Source: Candidatus Marinacidobacterales bacterium (GTDB taxonomy: Bacteria > Acidobacteriota > Vicinamibacteria > Marinacidobacterales > DATDRI01). From it: a DNA stretch of 64,000 bases. The stretch lies in NCBI GenBank assembly GCA_965219415.1, contig CBDCNP010000002.1:640001-704000 (forward strand), written 5' to 3'. This document shows, piece after piece, positions 41,831 through 51,951 of the stretch. The notes under the pieces were generated by a model. That model was not told where the DNA came from and ran no database searches. It was given only the letters and a program-made list of their open reading frames with translations. The first letter of the stretch is position 1. Each line of letters opens with the position of its first letter. A program made the position numbers and the translations under genes.

Positions 41831-42959
41831 CTACGGCTTGTGAGCGGGCTCGGAGCGCCGGCTCAAGAGAAAGACCTTGATGAACGGATCCAAATAGCCG
41901 TCCATCACGCGATCCACGTCACCGATCTCCTGTTTCGTGCGGTGATCTTTCACCATGCGGTACGGCTGAAAGACATACGAGCGTATCTGATTGCCCCAGG
42001 CGATCTCCTTTTTCCCATCGTGCAAGGCTTCGATCTTCTCTTGCTTCTCTCGAAGCATGCGATCGTAGAGCCTGGCCCGGAGCACCTTCATTGCCATGTC
42101 GCGATTGCGATGTTGGGAGCGCTCGTTTTGACACTGCGTGACGATCCCGGTGGGAATATGGGTGATACGCACGGCAGAGTCGGTGACGTTGACGTGTTGG
42201 CCCCCCGCCCCGCTCGACCGGTAAGTATCGATGCGGATATCTTTCTCATTGATTTCCACCTTCACTTCTTCGTCCACCTCGGGAAAAACAAAGACAGAAG
42301 CGAACGAGGTGTGCCGTCTCTTCGCTGCATCGAAGGGTGAGATGCGTACCAGGCGATGGACCCCGACCTCACTCGAAAGAAGACCATAAGCGTAGGACCC
42401 GCTAACCGTGAAAGTTGCACTCTTGAGCCCCGCTTCTTCACCTTCCTGGTAGTCGAGCATCTCGGTTTTCCAACCCTTTTGCTCGACCCAGCGCAGATAC
42501 ATTCTGAGCAGCATCTCCGCCCAATCTTGAGATTCCGTGCCTCCCGCCCCCGGGTGGATGCTTACGATGGCGTTTTTCGCGTCGTTTTCTCCCCCAAGGA
42601 GCTTTTGGATCTCAGCGGCCTCTACATCCTGCTCCAGTCTCTCCAAGTGTTTCTTGAGATCTTCCGCGACCGCCTCCCCCTCCTTCGCCCACTCGATGAG
42701 CGTACGCACTTCCTCTTCACTACCGTTGAGATGATGGATGAGGTCCAGATCGTTTTGGAAGCGGCTTCTTTCTCGGGATAACTGCTGTCCCCGGGAGGGA
42801 TCGGACCAAACGGAGGGATCGGCCAGTTTTTGTTCTAACTCGGCGAGTGCTTTCTTGAGCGCGGCTTCGTCAAAGATAACCTCGAACGTCCTGCACCCGG
42901 CGTTCGATCTCATCGTACCGCCCTAGCAACTCGTCAATGATCGGTGGCATCGACGGCAT
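41831..42959 (-). CDS. prfB: Peptide chain release factor 2 with programmed +1 frameshift
   Basis: SPF and GGQ motifs; CGAGGT-TAT-CTT-TGA-C shift site at 42869-42884. Confidence 0.97.
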
Positions 42960-44479
42960 CACTGTCTCCTCTTGTCCCGGTGATGGAGCACAACTAAGGT
43001 AACTCCGAAGAGCAATGTTACCACGGCCATCGACTGCGACAAAAGGTAGCCATAGCGAACGAAGAACGTCTCATCAGGCCGGAACGAGACGTTGTGTACC
43101 AAAAGGGCAGGTGTAAACAGGTCTCCGCGGGCCAAGATGCGGCCAAAGGGATCGACGAATGCCGAGACCCCAGTGTTGGCGGCGCGGACCAGATACCTCC
43201 GCGTCTCGATGGCTCGCAGCACCGCCTGGTTGAAGTGTTGGTACGGAGCGGCGCTACGGCCGAACCAAGCGTCGTTCGTCACATTGATCAAAAGGGCGGC
43301 TCCTGCTTTGACGAAACGCCGGGTCAGGTTCGGATAGATCGCTTCGTAGCACACGAAGGCGCCAATATTCTCGCCCTCGACCGAAGCGACGACGACGTCG
43401 GTCCCCGCCGTGAAATTGGAGGCGCTCTGAACGATGGGCTTGGCGAAAAAAAGCAGCGACCGGAGAGGGACGAACTCACCAAACGGAACCAAGTAGATCT
43501 TGCGGTAGCGCAGCCGAACCGTTCCGTCAGGTTCAAGGAGCTTGATCCCGTTAAAGGACCGGTAGTCTTTCGTGCCGGATAGAAACTCGTAGTCGTCACT
43601 GCCGAAGAGGAGAGGCACATTTTTCTCGTTCACGAAATCGCGCATGTGCTGAGCTTCCGCCCCCCCCCCGTCGAAGTAGAAGGGCGTCGACGACTCGGGC
43701 CAGACCACCAGTTGCACCCCTTGCTCGGTGCCCTCGCCCGAAAGCTTCATATGAGTGGCGAAGATCTGCTTTCTATATTCCGGCTTCCATTTGTGCTCCT
43801 GGAGCACGTTCCCTTGTACTACAGCGACCGGGAAGCTCGCCGCCGGAAGTGGGCGCGCCAGCTCCCAGTATCCAAAGAAGAGCGTAGCCCCCACCAGAGC
43901 GGCGACCGGTACCGCGGCCATCGAAGCGCGCTTTAGGCCTGGCCGACAAAGCCAGTAAGCGAACAGCGAGTTCACGAGCACGATCAATAGAGAGATCCCG
44001 TAGACACCGGTGAGTGAGCCAATTTGGATGACCGGCAGGAAGTCGACCTGGCTAGAGCCGAGCAGACACCAGGGGAACCCCCCGAACGGGAACTTTCGGA
44101 AAAACTCTAGCCCCACCCAAAGTATCGGCGCGACGAAAATCCCGGTCGCTCCGCCGCGCAAGCAGGCGGCGGCGGCAAGCCCACCGAAGGCCGTGGAGTA
44201 GAGCGAAAGGTAGGCGACCAAAGTCAAGAGAATGACCACGCTGGTGGGCCGACCTATACCGTCTCCGAAGCGAAACATCGTGTCGCTAATCCAGTACAGG
44301 TTTCCGAGGTGGAAGAACAGGCCGAAAAACGCCCCGGCGACCATCGCTTGACGCGGACGAACCTGGGTTATCTGGTAGAGGAACGGCACCAAGGCCACCC
44401 AGGCAAGCAAGGCCAGCCCGGCGCGTGGGAAGCACAGGACGAGCAGCGTCCCGGAGAGTGCCCCAGCGACGATGTTCAC
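42959..44479 (-). CDS. lnt: Apolipoprotein N-acyltransferase
   Basis: GGFPW, WPES, K.YLVPFGE, VCYE, NDAWFG, RAANTGVS. Confidence 0.95.
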   Translation of the reverse strand: MNIVAGALSGTLLVLCFPRAGLALLAWVALVPFLYQITQVRPRQAMVAGAFFGLFFHLGNLYWISDTMFRFGDGIGRPTSVVILLTLVAYLSLYSTAFGGLAAAACLRGGATGIFVAPILWVGLEFFRKFPFGGFPWCLLGSSQVDFLPVIQIGSLTGVYGISLLIVLVNSLFAYWLCRPGLKRASMAAVPVAALVGATLFFGYWELARPLPAASFPVAVVQGNVLQEHKWKPEYRKQIFATHMKLSGEGTEQGVQLVVWPESSTPFYFDGGGAEAQHMRDFVNEKNVPLLFGSDDYEFLSGTKDYRSFNGIKLLEPDGTVRLRYRKIYLVPFGEFVPLRSLLFFAKPIVQSASNFTAGTDVVVASVEGENIGAFVCYEAIYPNLTRRFVKAGAALLINVTNDAWFGRSAAPYQHFNQAVLRAIETRRYLVRAANTGVSAFVDPFGRILARGDLFTPALLVHNVSFRPDETFFVRYGYLLSQSMAVVTLLFGVTLVVLHHRDKRRQ

Positions 44480-44480
44480 G

Positions 44481-45191
44481 CTACTGAGTTATGTACGGCT
44501 TGAACTTCTCAACCTCGCGGAGCTGGACCGCCACTTGCTCGGCCCGCACACGACTCTCGAATCTCCCCACCCGGACACGGAACAGTCCCGCCGAGCCTCC
44601 TGGCTCGAGATAGGCACGGTAACTGGCGTCCTTGAGACGCTTCACCAGGGAGGCCGCCGCCTCTTCGGTCCGGAGCGCCACGACCTGAATCGTGAAGGCT
44701 CCCTGCTCGGCTCCGATCACACCGGGGTCGGTGGACACGGCGCGCTTGGTCGGTGTCGATGGAGAACGCGATTTGTTGGACTTGGCTGATGCTTGCTTTT
44801 CGGCCTCAGTGTTTGAACCCGCACCCGCGCTGGGCTCGGTCGCCTTCCTCGTCTTTCTCGATTTCTTCACCGACGCCAATAATTTCTCCGGGTTGCTGGC
44901 GGGGCTCTGAAGTTCGGCGTCCACTTTCTCGGCTTCGAGTCGCTTCGGGAAATCGAGCTCACGGCGCACGTCGGCAGGGGGAACGGTGGTCTTCATCGAC
45001 TGCCCGACCGGGGGCTTGGACATGATGCTATTCCCGCCTGCGGCAAGCGTTGCATCCCGCACGCCGCGCCCGACCATCACTCCGCAGAGAAAGAGGACTA
45101 CAGAGATGGCTACCGCTGCCATGAAGAAAAAAAACAGTTGCTTGTTGTTCAACTGGACCTCGTAGTAGCCTGCTTCTTCGTACTCGGCCAT
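44481..45191 (-). CDS. SPOR-domain cell-division protein (FtsN/DedD-like)
   Basis: Single TM, low-complexity linker, FTIQVVAL...FRVRVGRF. Confidence 0.85.
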   Translation of the reverse strand: MAEYEEAGYYEVQLNNKQLFFFFMAAVAISVVLFLCGVMVGRGVRDATLAAGGNSIMSKPPVGQSMKTTVPPADVRRELDFPKRLEAEKVDAELQSPASNPEKLLASVKKSRKTRKATEPSAGAGSNTEAEKQASAKSNKSRSPSTPTKRAVSTDPGVIGAEQGAFTIQVVALRTEEAAASLVKRLKDASYRAYLEPGGSAGLFRVRVGRFESRVRAEQVAVQLREVEKFKPYITQ

Positions 45192-45308
45192 TTCAGACGA
45201 CTCCTTCCGTTTCCTGCCCCTCAATTTCGACTTCGTTGGTCTTCATTGTGTTCCGGGTTTGCCTTCCTCGTAAAAATATCGTTTGCTACGATTATCTGAA
45301 AGCACCAC

Positions 45309-46361
45309 TTAGGCGAGGCTCGACGAACTGCTGGCTTGGATGGTGGCGGAGATCCTTTCCCGTTCCTCCTTGCCGAACTCGCGTCCTATACCCAAGTTAG
45401 CTAGCAGCTGGTCGAAATCGACACGCGCCGCGCTACTGAGGTCGATACCCTCGAACAATGGAGTGCATTGTTTCGACACCTCGGCGACGATCCGGTCCGC
45501 GAACTCGCCGGCCTCGTCCCCCAGCTTCTTATTGAGAAAAGTCGACAGCGTTTCGAAATTGCGATTGTAGTGCTCGACAATTTCCTCGAGCTCATACTCC
45601 TGCTCCACGGTAAAAGCCTTTCCACTCTCCGCGCCTTCCCCTCGCCTCTCCAGAACTCCAACCGCGACCAAACCGTAGAGAATTCTGAGTGTCTCGAAAT
45701 TGGAGAGGAAGCTCAACGAGAGTATCTGCTCGAGGTTCATCGTCCCGTTCACTAGGGACAGAACCTGTGATTCGTCCGAGTCGAGCTCCAGCTTGTAGGT
45801 GAGATTATCTGCGATGTCCGACACGCGAAGGATTCGATCGATGGATCCCAAACCGGCATAGATGCGCGAAAAGTCGTTGATACGGCGAATTCCCTCGAGA
45901 ATCACGTCTTCGGTGTTGAGTTGCAGCGTGATCGGGCCTTGTGCCGATAGGTCCTTGATGACGAACCCGTACTCCCCTCGCAACCAGTCGAAGAGACCAT
46001 AGACGATCTCCTCGACGTGCCCCTGGATCGCCGCAATCAGCTCGTCAGGGGACAGAATGTTTTGCTCTACCATAATCGCCCCGAAGCGCTTGCCGGGGCG
46101 AACCAGCTTGCTCCCCTCCAGGAACTGCCGGACGGTGATCTTGCCTTGCTTGATCAGATACTCGCCGAGTCGATCGTCGGGGAGATTCGAAGTCGCGAAG
46201 ATGATTTGCCCTTCCTTGAAGTAGACGGCCTTCCAACGTCCCATGTCGTGGAAGTTGAGAGTCCCGGTCTCTCGGCTGCGGCTGATACTGGCGAGCAGCT
46301 CGTGGAGGCTCGACTCCGAGAGCGAGCCTCGTATACTGAGTTCCTCGTCCTGCATCTTCAT
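45309..46361 (-). CDS. DUF4388 (PATAN-like) domain protein
   Basis: IRGSLSE.SL.ELL...ETGTL...VYFKEGQI.FA...RLGEYL. Confidence 0.82.
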   Translation of the reverse strand: MKMQDEELSIRGSLSESSLHELLASISRSRETGTLNFHDMGRWKAVYFKEGQIIFATSNLPDDRLGEYLIKQGKITVRQFLEGSKLVRPGKRFGAIMVEQNILSPDELIAAIQGHVEEIVYGLFDWLRGEYGFVIKDLSAQGPITLQLNTEDVILEGIRRINDFSRIYAGLGSIDRILRVSDIADNLTYKLELDSDESQVLSLVNGTMNLEQILSLSFLSNFETLRILYGLVAVGVLERRGEGAESGKAFTVEQEYELEEIVEHYNRNFETLSTFLNKKLGDEAGEFADRIVAEVSKQCTPLFEGIDLSSAARVDFDQLLANLGIGREFGKEERERISATIQASSSSSLA

Positions 46362-46397
46362 CTCGCTAATGGTGAGCCGCGCTCGGAAACGCCACCG

Positions 46398-47171
46398 TCA
46401 CGAACCGCTCCCCCCTCCTTGCTTGGAGAAGAAGTGTTGGATCAGATCGATCGGCAGTGGGAATATGATGGTCGAGTTCCTTTCCGTTGCAACCTCGGTG
46501 AGGGTCTGCAGATACCGCAGCTGTAGTCCCATCGGGTGCCTACCTACGATCTCCGCCGCTGATGCCAGCTTGTCGGCGGCCTGGAACTCACCGTCGGCGT
46601 GAATGATCTTGGCCCGCTTCTCACGTTCCGCTTCCGCCTGCTTAGCCAGCGCACGAGTCATCTCCGCTGGCAGGTCGACGTGCTTGACTTCGACCGACGT
46701 CACTTTGATGCCCCACGGGTCGGTGTGCTTGTCCAGGATGTCCTGGAGCTGCATGTTGAGCCGCTCTCGCTCCGAAAGCAGATCGTCGAGCTCCACCTGA
46801 CCCAGCACACTGCGAAGCGTCGTCTGCGCAAGCTGCGAAGTCGCATAAAGGAAGTTCTCTACCTCGACGACCGCCTTAATCGGGTGAAGGACCCGGAAGA
46901 AGATCACCGCGTTCACCTTCACCGAAACGTTGTCCCGGGTGATCACGTCCTGAGGCGGTACGTCGAGAGCCACCAAGCGCAGGCTCATCTTGACCATCCG
47001 ATCCACGGGACTGAAAACAAAGATGAGACCCGGCCCTTTGGGATAAGGCAGGAGTTTCCCGAAACGAAAGATCACCCCTCGCTCGTATTCGTTGAGAACC
47101 TTGATCCAGTTGAGAAAGAAAATTGCCACAAGAATAATGCCAATGAAACCACCCATCGGTAGCCCGAACAT
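46398..47171 (-). CDS. Slipin (SPFH/stomatin-like) protein
   Basis: [34 protein letters not shown]. Confidence 0.93.
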   Translation of the reverse strand: MFGLPMGGFIGIILVAIFFLNWIKVLNEYERGVIFRFGKLLPYPKGPGLIFVFSPVDRMVKMSLRLVALDVPPQDVITRDNVSVKVNAVIFFRVLHPIKAVVEVENFLYATSQLAQTTLRSVLGQVELDDLLSERERLNMQLQDILDKHTDPWGIKVTSVEVKHVDLPAEMTRALAKQAEAEREKRAKIIHADGEFQAADKLASAAEIVGRHPMGLQLRYLQTLTEVATERNSTIIFPLPIDLIQHFFSKQGGGSGS

Positions 47172-47174
47172 TGT

Positions 47175-48494
47175 TCACTCCCTTTCAGTCAAGCTCTTAG
47201 AGAAGGGCACCACTCGGAGGACGAGCCCATCAATCCCTGTCACCTGAACGCGCGCCCCCTGCGCGATCTCTGCCTGCGAGAGCGCATCCCAGTACTCTCC
47301 ATGAACGAAGATCTTCCCTCGCCCGTCGATGTCTGTAGAAGCGGTTCCTACCTGCCCGATCAAGCCCTGATCTCCTGTCACGGGTTTCCGCTTCATCGAG
47401 ATGATAACCAATCGAGCAAGAAACCCGAACACCACGACGAGTGTCACTACCACCGGAAGTATGACCGCCCAGCCTAGCTGGAGCGCTGGAGTCGGCACCG
47501 TCTGCTCCTTGAAAAGCATGAGAGACCCCAGGATCAGCGCGGCGGTGCCACCCAGTCCGAGAACACCGAAGGCCGGTGTGAAGGCCTCCGCAATGACTAG
47601 ACCCATCCCTACTAAGAGCAAGAGCAGACCCGCATAATTGACCGGCAACACTTGAAGCGCGAAGAAAGCCAGTATCAGCGAGATGACGCCGATGACCCCA
47701 GGCAACACCGCCCCGGGGTTGGCGAGCTCGAAGTACAGGCCCATCATCCCGAGCGCCATGAGAATGTACGCGACATTCGGGTGGGCAATGACGGAAAGAA
47801 TGCGCTGAGGCCAACGCATCTCGTGTGCGACGACGGTTTGGCCCTTGGTGTTGAGTACCACCTCGTCACCGTCGAAACGGATCACCGTCGTCCCATCGAG
47901 TTGTTCCAGAAGCTCGTCCTCGGTGCCGGCGATGTAATCGATGAGTCCAACCTCGAGCGCTTCGTTCTCGGTCCATGACTGGCTCTCGATGACGCCTTTC
48001 TCCGCCAGCTCCACCGGCCGGCCTCGCTTTGCGGCTATCGAGCGGATATAGGCCGCGGCATCGGACTCGACCTTCTTGGACATCGTCTCGTCCATCTCTT
48101 GGCCGCCTCCGGAGACAGGATGAGCCGCCCCCATGTTGGTGCCGGGCGCCATCGCCGCCACGTCGGCGGAGATGGCGATGAGAAACCCCGCCGAGGCGGC
48201 GCGCGCACCGGATGGAGCCACATAGACCACAATCGGAGTCTCGGCGTTGAGGATCTTCTCGATGATCTCCCGCATCGCTGTGTCCAAACCACCGGGCGTC
48301 TTGAGTTGGATCAGGACCAGTTCCGCACCATCGCGGTCCGCTCGATCGATGCCTTCCGTGATGTACTGAGCGCTGACCCGATGGATAATGTCTTCTACGG
48401 TGAGCTTGTAGATGGGGGCGGACGAAGCCGGCGCCGCCAGGGCCAGCGCGACCGAGGCAAGCAACCGTATCGTCGGTCTGTAGGAGAGACTCAT
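47175..48494 (-). CDS. nfeD: NfeD-family membrane serine protease
   Basis: TPGGL, RAASAG, MAPGTN.GAAHPV, C-terminal OB fold VHGEYW. Confidence 0.92.
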   Translation of the reverse strand: MSLSYRPTIRLLASVALALAAPASSAPIYKLTVEDIIHRVSAQYITEGIDRADRDGAELVLIQLKTPGGLDTAMREIIEKILNAETPIVVYVAPSGARAASAGFLIAISADVAAMAPGTNMGAAHPVSGGGQEMDETMSKKVESDAAAYIRSIAAKRGRPVELAEKGVIESQSWTENEALEVGLIDYIAGTEDELLEQLDGTTVIRFDGDEVVLNTKGQTVVAHEMRWPQRILSVIAHPNVAYILMALGMMGLYFELANPGAVLPGVIGVISLILAFFALQVLPVNYAGLLLLLVGMGLVIAEAFTPAFGVLGLGGTAALILGSLMLFKEQTVPTPALQLGWAVILPVVVTLVVVFGFLARLVIISMKRKPVTGDQGLIGQVGTASTDIDGRGKIFVHGEYWDALSQAEIAQGARVQVTGIDGLVLRVVPFSKSLTERE

Positions 48495-48504
48495 TGAAAA
48501 TGGA

Positions 48505-48534
48505 AGTATACACTGAGGTTATGTCGAGTGTCAA
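48505..48534 (-). promoter_or_regulatory. Sigma70 promoter of the nfeD operon
   Basis: TTGACA-N18-TATACT on the minus strand, 10 nt upstream of the ATG. Confidence 0.6.
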
Positions 48535-48572
48535 GGCGTTCGATGCGGTAAGTCTATGAAACGGCTACCCTT

Positions 48573-50633
48573 GTGGTTCTCACCCTTCGAAATCGGCGAC
48601 TTTCGCCCGGTCTCGCTGCGCCGGGGGCCAACGGCTTGAACACGCGAGCGACGACTGCGGTGGTCGGCTTTTTTGCCGTACTGACTTTCATTTATACGAT
48701 TCCGCTGAGTCTCGACCCCGGAGGTCGGGCTTTGGATCTTGGAGCCGATACCCGCCTCTTCCTCTGGACTCTGGCCTGGGACCTTCATGCGCTGGTGAGC
48801 CAACCCTTGTCTTTGTTTCAAGCCAACATCTTCTTCCCCACCCCCGACACGCTCGCCTATTCGGAACACTTGTTGGGAACCGCGATTCTCGGCTCACCGT
48901 GGCTCGCGGCGACGGGGAGTCCGCTTCTTGCGCTGAACGCAGTGCTCCTCATCTCCTGCGTCGGTGCAGGCGCGGGCACTTACTTTCTCGCGCGTCGAGT
49001 CGGTGTCGGCGTGGCGGGTGCCCTGGCTGCCGGCGTCATATTCGCCTTCGCACCGCCCCGCTTCTTCCGGCTCGGGCAGGCTCACCTCGCGGTCGTACTC
49101 TGGATGCCCCTCTGCCTGGGTTTCGTACACACGTATGCCGCAGGGGGTTCCCGCAAACATCTCTTAGCAGCGGTGGCTTTCTTCACACTTCAAGCCCTCT
49201 CCGGAGGACAACCGGGTCTGTTTCTGGCCCTTGCCGCGGGAGGATTCCTGCTGTACGCGTGGGTCTTCGGCTTGCTCCGACCTCAGGGCAAGCTTCTTCC
49301 GGACTTCGGCCTTGCAACCGCACTCGCCGTCGCGCTGAACTTGCCCTTCTTCCTTCCCTACGTTCGTGTGCAGGAAGCGTCCGGGCTCAGCCGATCGCTA
49401 GAGGAAGCGCGGGAGTGGTCGCCTAACGCCGCCAGCTTTCTCGCGGCGCCCACGCACGCGCAACGCCACCTACTCTCCATCGTTCCGGGACTCGAGCGAC
49501 GCGTCATGGGTACCGCCCGGGCATACTTGTTCCCGGGCTTTCTGACATTGTTTCTCGCTCTGCTGTCCCTTCGCCGGGTGCAAGAAATTGCTCCGGTGGC
49601 CGAGCATGCGCCACCGCCTGCACAGACTGCCCAGGGAGGTCCGGCGCGTTGGCTCATCGCGCTAGACGCCTTGATCCTCGTGTCCGCTGTCCTCACCCTA
49701 TCCCTCGTTCTGACGGGAGGGGGTCGGTGGCAGGTCGGAGGCCTAACCATCTCGGCCCGGGGTGCCGGGAGAGCGGCGGTTGTCTTGGCTGCTCTGTCGG
49801 GGTTGCGTTTTGCGCTTGCCCGTCGAAGCCCATTCGCGTTCCGGGGACCGTATCGACGACTCGTCGAGCGAGTGCGGATCGAGTTTTCATCGCGCGTGGG
49901 CATTCAAGCGGGGTACTACTTCCTTCTCGCTGTCTTCTCTCTATGGATCGCTCTCGGCCCTAGTTTCGGTCTATACGCAGCCCTTTACCGACTCCTGCCG
50001 GGCTTCGACTTCATTCGAGTCCCCTCACGATTCACGCTGCTGACCGTTTTGAGTCTGGCCGTTCTCGCCGGTGTCGGACTGGAGCGACTTCTTAGTCGCG
50101 TCGGCGCGAGTCGACGCCGGCTGCTCGCCCCAATAGGCATCGGCATTCTGCTATTGGAGTTCGCAGCGTTCCCCCTCGATGCCCCCCCCTACTCGTTCGC
50201 GATCCCACCCATCGATACCTGGATTGCCCGCGAGGCCCAACGTTCGGGTCCGTTCGCGGTGGTCGAGCTTCCGGTCCCGGATCCGAGGGATGCCGCCGCC
50301 TCCGCACGCTGGCACTCGCTCTTCATGTTGCACTCGACCGCACATTGGCAAGGGCTCGTCAACGGCTACAGCGGTTTCACACCACCCACTCACGACGCGC
50401 TCTTTCGCAAGCTCGTCAATTTCCCAGATGAGGCTAGCATCGCTGCTCTCGAACAAATAGGCGTGCGTTACGCGGTCATCCACCGGGATGCGTTTAGCCA
50501 AGATGAGTGGACCGGAGTGGAAGAGAGGCTTGAAGTTTTCGACGACCGATTGCGACTAGTGGCCGAGGAGGGAGACGGGCTCGCCTATTCGCTTACTTGT
50601 TCGAAGGCGAATCCAGCTGATCATGAATCGTAG
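48573..50633 (+). CDS. Polytopic membrane protein, GT-C/YfhO-like
   Basis: LWTLAWD.H, ANIFFP...LAYSEH, RVPSRF, LVNGYSGF. Confidence 0.75.
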   Translation: MVLTLRNRRLSPGLAAPGANGLNTRATTAVVGFFAVLTFIYTIPLSLDPGGRALDLGADTRLFLWTLAWDLHALVSQPLSLFQANIFFPTPDTLAYSEHLLGTAILGSPWLAATGSPLLALNAVLLISCVGAGAGTYFLARRVGVGVAGALAAGVIFAFAPPRFFRLGQAHLAVVLWMPLCLGFVHTYAAGGSRKHLLAAVAFFTLQALSGGQPGLFLALAAGGFLLYAWVFGLLRPQGKLLPDFGLATALAVALNLPFFLPYVRVQEASGLSRSLEEAREWSPNAASFLAAPTHAQRHLLSIVPGLERRVMGTARAYLFPGFLTLFLALLSLRRVQEIAPVAEHAPPPAQTAQGGPARWLIALDALILVSAVLTLSLVLTGGGRWQVGGLTISARGAGRAAVVLAALSGLRFALARRSPFAFRGPYRRLVERVRIEFSSRVGIQAGYYFLLAVFSLWIALGPSFGLYAALYRLLPGFDFIRVPSRFTLLTVLSLAVLAGVGLERLLSRVGASRRRLLAPIGIGILLLEFAAFPLDAPPYSFAIPPIDTWIAREAQRSGPFAVVELPVPDPRDAAASARWHSLFMLHSTAHWQGLVNGYSGFTPPTHDALFRKLVNFPDEASIAALEQIGVRYAVIHRDAFSQDEWTGVEERLEVFDDRLRLVAEEGDGLAYSLTCSKANPADHES

Positions 50634-51081
50634 TGAGCTTCGCGATCTCGAACGATTTGGTGCCGGCGGGAGTCTGGACGGTGACTTCGTCGCCCTCTTC
50701 TTTGCCCAGTAGTCCTTTTCCAATGGGTGAGGTCGTTGAGATGAGCCCATGTTGCACGTCGGCCTCTTCGCTCATCACCAGGCGGTAGACGATCTCTTCT
50801 TTTTTCTTGATGTCGTAGACGTGGACTTCCGAGCCCAGCGAGACTCGATCCCGCGGAATCTTGCTCAGGTCGATCATAGACATTTCGGCCAGCCGTTTGC
50901 GAAGTTGGCCGAGCCGCGCGTTCACGAAACCTTGGCGCTCCTTGGCGGCGTGGTATTCGGCGTTCTCGGAAAGGTCGCCGTGCTCGCGAGCAACCTTGAG
51001 CTCCCTAGGAAGCTGGACGTGGAGCTCTTCCTCGAGTGATTTGACCTCTTCTTTGAGTTTCTTGAGGAAATCTTGTTCCAT
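50593..51081 (-). CDS. greA: Transcription elongation factor GreA
   Basis: AREHGDLSENAEYHAAKE, IS..SPIGKGL.GK. Confidence 0.95.
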   Translation of the reverse strand: MEQDFLKKLKEEVKSLEEELHVQLPRELKVAREHGDLSENAEYHAAKERQGFVNARLGQLRKRLAEMSMIDLSKIPRDRVSLGSEVHVYDIKKKEEIVYRLVMSEEADVQHGLISTTSPIGKGLLGKEEGDEVTVQTPAGTKSFEIAKLTTIHDQLDSPSNK

Positions 51082-51155
51082 GACCGGGGGCCCATAGTAG
51101 CACACCGCGGGACGCCGACCCGGCCCGTGGTAGCATGGCGGCAGGTCACGCCACC

Positions 51156-51950
51156 ATGAAAACCCTGGCCAGTCCCGAAAACCCACTCATCAAGACGATA
51201 CGCCGTCTTCGGCAACGGCCCCACCATCGTGGGGAGGACCGGTTCGTACTCGAGGGCCTCAAGCTGGCGAACGAAGCGCTCTCCTCCGGCACCGACGTGA
51301 GCCATGCCTTCCTCTCCGCCGACTTCAGCGAGAGCACGAGTGGGCGCAGACTCCTCCGACTCCTGGAGGCCTCCGGGGTGCCCTCCGTCTCGGTTGAGGA
51401 AAGCCTTTTCCGGCGTTGCAGCAGCTTGGAAGCGCCGGAAGGTGTGTTGCTCCTAGCAAGGCAAGAACCTCGACCGCTTCACGAACTTTCTGGGGATCTG
51501 GTCATCGTGAGCACGGGAGTACAAGATCCAGGCAACCTTGGTGCCATCGCGCGAGTGGCTGAGGCGGCCGGCGCATCGGCGCTCGTTGCTTGTCTTGGGA
51601 GCGCCTACCCTTTTCATCCGAAGGCGGTTAGAGGGTCGATGGGGAGCCTGCTGCGACTGCCCGTTTTCGATGGCGGCGACGTAGACACCGCGATCGTCGC
51701 ACTTAAACGGAAAGGCTTCTCACTCGTGGCGTGCGTCCCTCGTGGCGGATCGGATTTCCGGAGAGCCGATCTCAAGAGCGATTTGGCTTTGATGCTAGGA
51801 AGTGAAAGCGGCGGGTTGCCCGAAGAACTACTGAAAGTGTCCGATCTGCGCCTGTCGGTGCCAATGAAGGATAGCGTGGATTCCCTCAACGTGGCAGTGG
51901 TTGCGGGTCTCGTACTCTACGAAGCAGCACGCCAGCGGGGAGTCATGTAG
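51156..51950 (+). CDS. TrmH/SpoU-family RNA 2'-O-methyltransferase
   Basis: QDPGNLGAI.R, RGSMG, GSE..GL, DSLNVAV. Confidence 0.92.
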   Translation: MKTLASPENPLIKTIRRLRQRPHHRGEDRFVLEGLKLANEALSSGTDVSHAFLSADFSESTSGRRLLRLLEASGVPSVSVEESLFRRCSSLEAPEGVLLLARQEPRPLHELSGDLVIVSTGVQDPGNLGAIARVAEAAGASALVACLGSAYPFHPKAVRGSMGSLLRLPVFDGGDVDTAIVALKRKGFSLVACVPRGGSDFRRADLKSDLALMLGSESGGLPEELLKVSDLRLSVPMKDSVDSLNVAVVAGLVLYEAARQRGVM

Positions 51951-51951
51951 C

